Part shown: positions 16,803-25,000 of the stretch, one piece after another | How positions within the stretch are numbered: position 1 is the first letter of the stretch | How the letters are laid out: each line of letters starts with the position of its first letter | NCBI RefSeq assembly: GCF_000196555.1 | Contig: NC_015067.1 | Location: forward strand, 1,440,001-1,472,000 | Direction of reading: 5' to 3' | Source of the DNA: Bifidobacterium longum subsp. longum JCM 1217 | Lineage (GTDB): Bacteria > Actinomycetota > Actinomycetes > Actinomycetales > Bifidobacteriaceae | DNA: 32,000 nucleotides | Made by a program: the position numbers and the translations under genes | The notes under the pieces: model-generated | The model's input: only the letters and a program-made list of their open reading frames with translations | Told to the model about the DNA's origin: nothing | The model's database searches: none

Positions 16803-17747
16803 ATGGCTTTGAAGCCTCGCACTGGTAACCAATATGTCATCTCGTCCGGCGAATGGAGTGCCGTCGTCACCGAACTGGGTGCCAGCCTGCGCGAGCTGAA
16901 GTGGCGCGGCGAAGACCTCATCGTCCCCTTCGACCCGAACAAGGTCATTCCCTGCTGCAACGGCTGGGTGCTGGCACCGTACCCGAACCGAGTGACCAAT
17001 GGTCAGTATTCTTTCGATGGCGAAGACTACCAGATGCCGATCGACGAGTTCGACCGCCAATCCTCCCTGCACGGCTATGCCTACCGCTACATGTGGGAGC
17101 TCGTTGATTTGCAGGAATCACACGTGACGCTCTCCTGGCGCTCCCCCGACATCGCCGGCTACCCGTTTGATATCACCATCACCGCCACTTATGCACTTGA
17201 CGAGAACGGTCTCACGGAAACCTTCACCGTGCACAACAACGACAGCGTGAAGGCACCGTGGGCATTTGGCATCCACCCGTGGCTGGCCAACGGCAAGCAC
17301 GCCACCGGTCAGGCCATTACCGCCGACAACGAGCCCTGCCGTCTTGAGCTGCACTGCGACACCCACGTGACCGTAGACGAACACCTGCTGCCCACCGGCG
17401 AAGAGCCGGTTTCCGGCATCTTCGACCTGCGCGATAACCCCACGCTGGAGGGACGTGGCTTCGACGATGCCTGGACCGATATCACCAACCGCGGTGAAGA
17501 TGGCAGCACTTCCGCCGCGTTCACCCGCCCCGACGGCATCAAGGTCACGCTGACCGGCGACAAGACCATCAACTCCTGGCAGGTGTGCACCGGCAACGAA
17601 ATCGGCGAGAAGGCTCGTCAGGCCGGCGTGGCCGTCGAACCGATGACCGCCTACGCCGACGCCTTCCGCACCGGCAAGGATCTGGTTGTGCTCGAGCCGG
17701 GCGATGACTACACCACCGTGGTCACCTTCCACGCCGAACAAATCTGA
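16803..17747 (+). CDS. aldose 1-epimerase (galactose mutarotase-like) family protein, paralog 2
   Basis: From ATG 16803 (AAGGAG 8 nt upstream): MALKPRTGNQYVISSGEWSAVVTELG..., collinear with paralog 1 (MTSKTPRTGNQYSIHYGDYSAVICELG...). Confidence 0.85.
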   Translation: MALKPRTGNQYVISSGEWSAVVTELGASLRELKWRGEDLIVPFDPNKVIPCCNGWVLAPYPNRVTNGQYSFDGEDYQMPIDEFDRQSSLHGYAYRYMWELVDLQESHVTLSWRSPDIAGYPFDITITATYALDENGLTETFTVHNNDSVKAPWAFGIHPWLANGKHATGQAITADNEPCRLELHCDTHVTVDEHLLPTGEEPVSGIFDLRDNPTLEGRGFDDAWTDITNRGEDGSTSAAFTRPDGIKVTLTGDKTINSWQVCTGNEIGEKARQAGVAVEPMTAYADAFRTGKDLVVLEPGDDYTTVVTFHAEQI

Positions 17748-17795
17748 AAAACCGAATAACCAAGCCTGACGATCATCGCCACATGGACACACGTG

Positions 17796-17825
17796 TTGCA
17801 TCACGTCGTACTTATGTGGCATAAT
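17796..17825 (+). promoter_or_regulatory. possible promoter for the bL37-like small gene
   Basis: TTGCAT (17796-17801), an 18-nt spacer, then CATAAT (17820-17825) preceded by TGg (extended -10 pattern). Confidence 0.3.
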
Positions 17826-17865
17826 TCCGAAGGCTTATTTTTTTACTGCAGCAAAGGAGTCCATC

Positions 17866-17940
17866 ATGGGCATGCGCGGACGTAAGCGCAAGGATCGTCG
17901 TAAGAAGGCCGCCAACCACGGCAAGCGTCCTAACGCCTGA
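17866..17940 (+). CDS. 24-aa basic peptide, likely actinobacterial 50S ribosomal protein bL37
   Basis: Below the 60-aa ORF-track cutoff. AAAGGAG lies 6 nt upstream of ATG 17866. Translation is MGMRGRKRKDRRKKAANHGKRPNA*. The ...RGRKRK..R.K.ANHGKRPNA pattern matches what I recall of mycobacterial bL37. A strong terminator follows. Confidence 0.7.
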   Translation: MGMRGRKRKDRRKKAANHGKRPNA

Positions 17941-17965
17941 TTCTTCGCGTTTCTTATAGAACGCT

Positions 17966-18000
17966 CAAGGCCCGTCTGATGATACATCAGACGGGCCTTG
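17966..18000. terminator. bidirectional terminator between the bL37-like gene and the convergent anti-sigma gene
   Basis: CAAGGCCCGTCTGATG-ata-CATCAGACGGGCCTTG is a perfect 16-bp stem. It is followed by TTGT on the plus strand. Confidence 0.7.
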
Positions 18001-18012
18001 TTGTATATGTCG

Positions 18013-18333
18013 TTACTTATCTTCCCCGCAGCAGTGATCAAGCGTGGCCTTGAGCCGGGCCATCAGACATTCGGGCGCCACATCCGGGCGCAAGTAGGCA
18101 CGCAACGCGGCAATCAACGCCTGTTCACGCTCGTCGCAGCAGGTACGGGGGTCAAAACAGTCGCCCTCCGTAACGATATGCACGTCTGTCTGGACCGACG
18201 CAGCGGCCGAGCCGGTATCTACTGAACGATGATGCACCGCCGTGATATGCACTTCGGTCTGGCTTACCGTGCCATCGGCCGCCGTACGGGTTATGGAGAT
18301 ATGGCGAGTACGCTCTACCGGCTGATCGTTCAT
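18013..18333 (-). CDS. putative anti-sigma factor, Cys-rich and distantly RsrA/RshA-like
   Basis: 106 aa. Its start overlaps the sigma gene stop (TGATG). Six Cys lie in the last ~50 aa: GDCFDPRTCCDEREQALIAALRAYL...PECLMARLKATLDHCCGEDK. The tail resembles the ...KKLVKRCCGQ end of RsrA. No canonical HxxxCxxC motif is present. Confidence 0.5.
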   Translation of the reverse strand: MNDQPVERTRHISITRTAADGTVSQTEVHITAVHHRSVDTGSAAASVQTDVHIVTEGDCFDPRTCCDEREQALIAALRAYLRPDVAPECLMARLKATLDHCCGEDK

Positions 18334-19142
18334 CAGATCTCCTTTCCCGAAAGCTTGCTTGACTGTTGTGGCGTGCGGGCGCCAGTCGCATGACTATGTC
18401 TCACTACGGCTTGCGTGTCGCCATTGCTACCAACAGTTTGTTCACTACTTTCATTATGGCCGGAATCGGCGATTCGACCAACGTTTTCGCTCAACTTCGC
18501 GGATGGTGAACCAGCCGACGAACCAGTCACGTACCCGCGCTCTTTCGCATACGAGGCGAGCTCACGCTTGAGTTGCGTGCGGGCGCGATTCAGGCGGCTC
18601 ATTACCGTGCCGATTTTCACGCCCTGCTCATCGGCCACCTGCTGGTAGGACTTGCCGTCGATGGCGGCGTCGATGAACACCTGCCGGCGTTCCGGCGAGA
18701 GTTTGGCGAGCGCGGCCATGATTTCCTCGGGCGCGAAGGCGTCCAAATATTCCTCTTCAGCGGACTTGAGCCCGTCCGACGTATGTTCGGCGGCATCGTA
18801 AATGTCCCAATCGTCGTATTCGCCAGTGGAGTCGTTGGCACGCTGCGGGCGCCGCTTGGCCTTGGCATACTGGTTGAAGTAGGCATTGCGCTCGATGGTG
18901 GTCATCCACGCCTCGAAGTTGGAGCCCGGCTGAAATGAGTCGAAGGCCTTGAACCCGCGTTCGAAGGTGTCCTGGACCAGATCCTGCGCGTCATCGGGAT
19001 TGTTGGTCAGCCTCATCGCCTGCCGGTACAGTGCATTGACGGCGGGCATGGCGAGCTGCTCGAATCTGGCGCGCTTGGCTGCCATGGACTCGCCCGATCC
19101 GGCTGACTGCCCGGATTGCGTAGTTGCTTCGCTTGTCGTCAC
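18333..19142 (-). CDS. ECF-type RNA polymerase sigma-70 family factor with about 65 aa of polar C-terminal extension
   Basis: Region 2: DAQDLVQDTFERGFKAFDSFQPGSNFEAWMTTIERNAYFN. Region 4: LSPERRQVFIDAAIDGKSYQQVADEQGVKIGTVMSRLNRARTQLKREL. The ORF starts at GTG 19142. ATG 19085 (MAAKRARFEQL...) is an equally plausible start. Confidence 0.85.
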   Translation of the reverse strand: MTTSEATTQSGQSAGSGESMAAKRARFEQLAMPAVNALYRQAMRLTNNPDDAQDLVQDTFERGFKAFDSFQPGSNFEAWMTTIERNAYFNQYAKAKRRPQRANDSTGEYDDWDIYDAAEHTSDGLKSAEEEYLDAFAPEEIMAALAKLSPERRQVFIDAAIDGKSYQQVADEQGVKIGTVMSRLNRARTQLKRELASYAKERGYVTGSSAGSPSAKLSENVGRIADSGHNESSEQTVGSNGDTQAVVRHSHATGARTPQQSSKLSGKEI

Positions 19143-19259
19143 GGTTCACCATTCTAATCAAATCATGTGCCCATATCGTGGTCGATGACGTGTGAGCCAC
19201 AACACGCTGCACCCCACCTGTAGAATGGCGTATCGGCTAGATAATAGGGAGAAACAATT

Positions 19260-20813
19260 ATGGCTTTGACTTTGGCTTCGGCCGCTGACCTGCTCAAGGA
19301 ACACCATCTGCTGCGTGAAATCATCCAAGGGGATGTCTGGACCGACGACCCGGCCCGTATCGCTTCGGCGGATGAACCGTTCGCCGGCATCACCTACGAC
19401 ACCCGCAAGGTCACGCAGGGCACCCTGCTGTGCTGCAAGGGCCGATTCAAGGCCGAGTATCTGAACGGCATCGACGAAGCCGGCCTGGCCGCATACGTGG
19501 CCGAAACCGAGTACTCAGCCGCAACCGCCGCCCCCGGCCTGATCGTCAACGACGCACGCAAGGCGATGAGCCTGCTGTCCGCCGCGTTCTACGGATATCC
19601 GCAGAACGAGCTCACGGTCATCGGCGTCACCGGCACCAAGGGCAAGACGACCACCTCGTACTTCACGCAGGCGCTTATCAACGCCGTCTCCGGTGGCAAG
19701 GCCGCATTGTTCTCCTCGGTCGATAATTGCCTTGACGGCCACACCTACGTCGAGTCCGATCTGACCACGCCCGAATCGATGGACGCCTTCCGCATGATGC
19801 GCGAGGCGGCCGATAACGGCATGGAGTATCTGGTGATGGAGGTCTCCTCCCAGGCGTACAAGGTGGACCGCGTCTATGGCCTGACTTTCGATGTGGCCGC
19901 GTTCCTGAACATCTCCCCCGACCACATCAGCCCGATCGAACACCCCACGTTCGAGGATTACCTGTATTGCAAGCGCCAGATCATCGCCAACGCGAAGTCG
20001 CTGGTACTCGGCGCGGACAGTCTGCACGCCGATCTGTTGCGGGAGGACGCGGCGGCAGCCGGCATCGGCGCAACCACCTTCGCCCTGCATGACGCGGATA
20101 ATGCCGGCACCAGTGCGGACGTCGTCGCCTGGCCCGCCGACACGGCGCACGCCTCCTTCCACATCGCCGACGGAGATCAGACCCTTGGCGACTACCATCT
20201 GTCCATCGATGGCGACTTCAACTACCTCAATGCGGCGGCGGCCATCGCCATCGCCCATGCGGCTGGCGTATCGCTCGATGACGCCGACGCACTGCACGCC
20301 ATCGAATCCGTACGTATCGCCGGCCGTATGGAACAGTTCCGCGACCCGCAGTCGAACACGCTCGCCATCGTCGATTATGCGCACAACTACGCATCCGTCA
20401 CCGCGCTGCTTGACTTCGTCTACGAGCGTTGGGGCGAGGAAAACCCGCGTATCACGCTGGTGACCGGATCGGCCGGCAACAAGGCCTACGATCGCCGTAA
20501 GGAAATCGTCGAGGCTGCCGAGAACCGCATCGCGAACTTCATTTTCACCGCCGAAGATACGGACACCGAGCCGTTCATCGACATCTGCATGGAAATGCAA
20601 GGCTACATCACGAACAAGGATGTGGCCTCCACGGTGATTTCCGACCGTCCGACGGCCATCACCAACGCCATTTACGATGCCCGTGCGCACGCCGACCGAT
20701 TCAACATCCTGCTGATTATCGGCAAGGGCAACGAGCGTTGGATCAAGGACCATCACAAGCATGTGCCGTTCGACGGCGACGATCACGTCGTCGAACGCAT
20801 GTTTGGCTTGTGA
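19260..20813 (+). CDS. murE: UDP-N-acetylmuramoyl-L-alanyl-D-glutamate--L-lysine (or L-ornithine) ligase MurE
   Basis: 517 aa. Contains GVTGTKGKTTTSYF...MEVSSQA...ISPDHISPIEHPTFEDYLYCKRQI..., a Gram-positive Lys-type MurE pattern. GGGAG lies upstream of the ATG. Confidence 0.9.
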   Translation: MALTLASAADLLKEHHLLREIIQGDVWTDDPARIASADEPFAGITYDTRKVTQGTLLCCKGRFKAEYLNGIDEAGLAAYVAETEYSAATAAPGLIVNDARKAMSLLSAAFYGYPQNELTVIGVTGTKGKTTTSYFTQALINAVSGGKAALFSSVDNCLDGHTYVESDLTTPESMDAFRMMREAADNGMEYLVMEVSSQAYKVDRVYGLTFDVAAFLNISPDHISPIEHPTFEDYLYCKRQIIANAKSLVLGADSLHADLLREDAAAAGIGATTFALHDADNAGTSADVVAWPADTAHASFHIADGDQTLGDYHLSIDGDFNYLNAAAAIAIAHAAGVSLDDADALHAIESVRIAGRMEQFRDPQSNTLAIVDYAHNYASVTALLDFVYERWGEENPRITLVTGSAGNKAYDRRKEIVEAAENRIANFIFTAEDTDTEPFIDICMEMQGYITNKDVASTVISDRPTAITNAIYDARAHADRFNILLIIGKGNERWIKDHHKHVPFDGDDHVVERMFGL

Positions 20814-20934
20814 CGGGATTCCAGCCAATCAGATCCTGATCGGATCCCGATTGGCCCACATCAGATCACGCGCAATACGACCAAACCAGAAACACGACAT
20901 ACGGATACGAACGAAAAAGGATAGCTGAATCGTA

Positions 20935-21930
20935 ATGATCACGTTGGAGAAAGTTGACGGAGCCACACTGGAAGCCGAAGCCGAGAAGGCCGGCATCACA
21001 TTGCCCATCGAACAGACCAAGGTTTGGTCTGGTTTTCAGGCGGATATCGACGGACGCACGCCATGGGGCGATTATCTGATCAAGCGTGATGGTGAATTGG
21101 TCGCCGTGATCTCCTTTATCGATTTTGAGACGCACGGTTATCATTATCTGCGCTCGATGCATGGGCCGGCGTGGGCTGCCAAGCCCACCGAAGCTGAGGA
21201 GCGCGAGGTCGTCGACGCCATCGTGGACACCGTCAAGAAGGCCGACAAGAACATCGCGTTCCTGCGTATCGACACCTGGTTCGCCGATGGTACGGAGAAG
21301 GTGCTCTCCACAGTGCCGTACGACCAGACCGTGGTCATCGACGTCACCGGTGGCGATGATGAGATTCTGGCTCGGATGAAGCGTCGTGGACGCCGTGACG
21401 TGCGCAAGTCTCTGCGTGAGTGCCCGGCCGAGGTTGCCGATGAGACGGATAAGGCGCTGGCCGATTTCTCCGAATATTACGATGTGATGGTCGAGACCGG
21501 CCAGCGCGATGGATTCACGCCTGCTCCGATGAGCGACTACTCCGATATGATCGGCGCGTTGGGTGCCGATCATTGCCGTGTGTTCGCCGCACGTATTGAA
21601 GACCGTGTGGTGGCATGGTCGATTGTCACCGTGAATGGCACACATGCGGTGCGCTACTATGCCGGCATGCGCAACGAGGTTATGCGTCTGCATGTGACCG
21701 ACAAGCTGCTGTATTCCGAATGCTGCATCCTGGGCTCGCAGGGTATTACTGAATACGATCTCATGGGCATCGGCTCCGATTTCGCGCCGTCTCTCAAGGG
21801 CCTTAACGAGTTCAAATGCAAGTTCACCGAGGAAATCACCCCGGTGGCCCCCGCCCGCGACGTACCCATCAAGAAGGTCTTCTACAAGACGCTGCAGACT
21901 GTACAGGGCGTGCGCAAGGCATTGCGCTAA
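20935..21930 (+). CDS. FemAB-family peptidoglycan interpeptide-bridge aminoacyltransferase
   Basis: 331 aa. Contains ...RRGRRDVRKSL...FSEYYDVMVETGQRDGF...AVRYYAGMRNE...LLYSECCILGSQGITEYDLMGIG...LKGLNEFKCKF. It lies directly downstream of murE. Confidence 0.8.
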   Translation: MITLEKVDGATLEAEAEKAGITLPIEQTKVWSGFQADIDGRTPWGDYLIKRDGELVAVISFIDFETHGYHYLRSMHGPAWAAKPTEAEEREVVDAIVDTVKKADKNIAFLRIDTWFADGTEKVLSTVPYDQTVVIDVTGGDDEILARMKRRGRRDVRKSLRECPAEVADETDKALADFSEYYDVMVETGQRDGFTPAPMSDYSDMIGALGADHCRVFAARIEDRVVAWSIVTVNGTHAVRYYAGMRNEVMRLHVTDKLLYSECCILGSQGITEYDLMGIGSDFAPSLKGLNEFKCKFTEEITPVAPARDVPIKKVFYKTLQTVQGVRKALR

Positions 21931-21939
21931 TACCGCCCC

Positions 21940-22006
21940 GCTCCCGCTGGCGGGAGCTGTCGAACGAAGCGAGACTGAGGGCGGTCTTTCGATATGGACC
22001 GCCCTC
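21940..22006. repeat. compound hairpin/repeat region between convergent femAB-like and smc genes (probable bidirectional terminators)
   Basis: GCTCCCGC-tg-GCGGGAGC lies at 21940-21957. It is followed by TGTCGAACGAAGCGAGACTGAGGG. GAGGGCGGTC-tttcgatatg-GACCGCCCTC lies at 21977-22006. The stretch GGGAGCTGTCGAACGAAGCGAGACTGAGGG resembles the minus-strand reading of the scpA-embedded copy, GGGAAGCTGGCTCGCGTAGCGAGGCTGAGGG. Confidence 0.6.
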
Positions 22007-22048
22007 TGTCACCTGTGGCACCAGTTCCTGTCAGCGGGAACCATTCGT

Positions 22049-25000
22049 TTATCGTTCGAGTTTTTGACTCACCACGGCTGTTACGCCGTCGGCTCTCATG
22101 GTTACGCCGTAAAGCGCGTCGGCAATCGACATGGTGCGTTGCTGGTGCGTAATGATGATGAGCTGCGCATGGGCGCGTAACTCATTGAACGCATTAATCA
22201 AACGGGTCAGGTTCACGTCGTCCAACGCGGCCTCGACCTCGTCCATCACATAGAACGGGCTGGGGCGGGCGGTGAAAATCGCGAACAGCAGCGCCAGCGC
22301 GGTCAGCGAACGTTCGCCGCCGGACAGGAGGCTCAGCTGTTTGACGCGCTTGCCGGCCGGGCTGGCCTCGACCAGTACGCCGGTGGTGAGCATGTCTTCC
22401 GGGTTTTCCAGGCGCAGTCGCCCGGTGCCGCCTGGGAACAGCGTGGCGAACATCTGCTCGAACGCCTCGGCGGTATCGTCGAACGCGGATTTGAACACCT
22501 GGACCATCGTGGAATCGAGATCCTTGATGAGCTGCATCAAATCGTCACGTGATTTGACCACATCGTTGCGCTGATCATTGAGATACTTGTTCCGCTCCTC
22601 AAGCGCTTCGAATTCCTCGGTGGCCAAAGGGTTGATCTTGCCGAGTGCGGCCAGATCGCGGCGAGCCTTATCGAGACGCTTCTTCTGCTCCTGACGGTTA
22701 TACGGCACGGTCTTAAAGAGGGCGGAATCGCCGTTGGTGCCGGCCTCTCCCCCGGTTTCTCCCTCTTCGGTCCCAGCCTCAGCTTCCGTCTCATCCAACG
22801 GCACAGGGTTGCCCTCATCATCCAGCACGGGCACCGGCTGTTCGGGGCCGTAATCACCAACCAATTCCTCCAAAGTGAGACCGAGTTCGTCGGACACTTT
22901 CTGCATGAGCTGCCCGGATTCGGCGGCCAACCGTTCGCGGTTTACATCCAAGGCATGTTCGCGCCCGGTCAGATCGGTGACCTTGGGCTCGATCTGGTTG
23001 CGCTGCGCGCGCAGGGCCTTGAGTTCCTCGTCATGGCTGGAGGCGGCGGCCTGCAGCTCGTCTCGTTTGGCGGCCACGTCATGCAGCGTATGCTCTACCA
23101 TGGCGGCCACTGCTCGCGCGTCATCGGCCACGCCTTGCAGGTGTGCGGCCTGCTCGCGTCTGCGATCGTTCAACGCCTCGATGCGGGCGCGGCGTTCGGC
23201 GGCTTCTTTGGCGTTGTCCCGCAGCAGCCCGGCCTGTCGGCTCAGGGACTCCCCTTTGCGGCTTGCCTCGGTCCACGCGATTTTCGCGGCGACCTCATGC
23301 TCGCGAGTCAGGTTCAGTCCGCGCTCCAGCGTACGTTCGCGTTCATCGAGTTCGTCGAAATCGGCATGTTCCGCTGTGGATTGCCGGGCCGATGCCAAAG
23401 CGCGATTGAGGTCGTCAAGCTTGAGCTGATGCTCGTTGCAATTCTCTTGGGTCTCGGTGATTTTCCTATCCAGCTGCTCGAGCTGACGGGTGAACGATGC
23501 GACGCGATCTGTGGCGGATTTCAGAGATTTCTCCGCCTGCTGGGCTTTGAGCCGGGCTTCGGTGCGTTTGGCGGATTCCTGGTCGACGAGTCGAGCCGCT
23601 TCATCGCGCTTGGTTTTGGCCTCGGCCACTTGCTCAGCCATTCCGCCGTCTTGGGCGGTCAACTGTTTGACCTGTGCCAATGCTTTGTCTCGGCGGGCGG
23701 CCAGAGACAGGTCCGATTGAGAGATTGAAGAGCCGCCGACCGCCGCCACGCCGTGTGTGAAGGTCTCGCCGTTCTTGGTGACGGCCCGCATGGCTTCGCC
23801 GAATGCCACAATCTGTTGGGCTTCGTCGGCGGTGCCGGCCGCGGCTACATCAGCCAGCAGGAGACGCACGGTGCGCACGACCGCTTCGGCCTGTGCCGGG
23901 TTCTCGGCATCCGGGTTCGCGGTGACGAGTGCTGCCAGCGCGTTGCCCGATTGCGGAGCGGCCCCCGCGTTCTCGGCGCTACTCTCCTCCGACTCCGTGC
24001 CCGGCTCTGTGGCGGGATCGCCGGCAATGCTCGCGGTCAGCACCACGGCTTTGCCGAGCTTATCTTCCCGAGCGCGTTCGAGGGCGTGCAACATGTTGCC
24101 TGCCGCGGGTACCACGATGGCGCTGGCATACTGGTCGAGCGCGTGGGCCACGGCTTCTCCCCAGCCTTCGGCCACATGGATGAAGTCGGTGAGTCGGCCA
24201 AGCGAGGCCACGTCCGTATCGCGCTCCAACGATCCGGAGGCATTGCGGCTGTCTAGCGTGTCGGCAAGCGCATCGGCCTTGGATTTGAGCGAGATGATCT
24301 TGGACTGTATCTCGCGCTGCTTATCGGCGCGTTCATTCAGTCGTTCGCGGCATTCGGCGAGCGTTGCACGTGCGGCGTCCAATGCGGCACCGTCATCGTC
24401 GGCAATGGAGTCCGCTTCGCTGCGCAATGCGTCCAGCTGTTGCTGGGCATCGTCGCGCTGGGAAGTCAGCGAGTCGCGTTGGGAGGCGTAATCCTTGGCG
24501 CGGCTGGTCGCCAGTTGTACGGCGGATTCCTCGCGGGCGATGAGTTCGCGCAGTCGGGCGATTTGCGCATCGCGTTCCTGTGCGGTTTTGCGCAGTTCCG
24601 TCAAGGTCTGGCGGACTGAGGCAAGCTTTTTCTCGTCGTCGGCGCGTTCCTCGGTGGCCTTGTCGAGTGCGATGCGCGCATCGGCCACGGCCTTGGTTTG
24701 TGCCGCTGCCTGAGACTCCAGTTCCTCGGCTCGTTTGACAAGCATGCCGGGATCCTCACCGAAGTTGGTGACGATCTGGCCGGCGAGTGACCGGCTGCGC
24801 TCTTCGGCCAACTGGGCGAGCGCGTTCAGTCGTTCACGGGTCTGCGAGAATTCATGCCAGTATTGGTTGGCCTTGGCGATGGCCGGACTGGATTCGGAGC
24901 TCAACGCCTCGACCTGTTCGATGCGTACTTTGACTTGGGCGAGTTCACGTTGGGCGACGGCCAGCTGGTTACGCACAGCGCCAAGCTCTTGACGTACCGT

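Noticed and set aside
17835-18041. 68-aa minus-strand ORF, the only track ORF in this interval
   Set aside because: It overlaps, antisense, the SD-preceded bL37-like gene and runs through the 16-bp terminator stem. It has no SD and no recognisable features.
19143-19259. SigH/SigR-type autoregulated promoter (GGAAT-N18-GTT) and TAGAAT -10 boxes in the sigma/murE divergent region
   Set aside because: TAGAAT hexamers occur on both strands (19151-19156 on the minus strand, 19222-19227 on the plus strand). I found no matching -35 elements and no GGAAT...GTT pattern. The evidence is too weak to annotate.
20825-20854. Hairpin after murE as an intrinsic terminator
   Set aside because: The stem is interrupted by an internal mismatch and bulge, and no U-tract follows. 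It is mentioned only as a possible attenuator in the murE/femAB finding.
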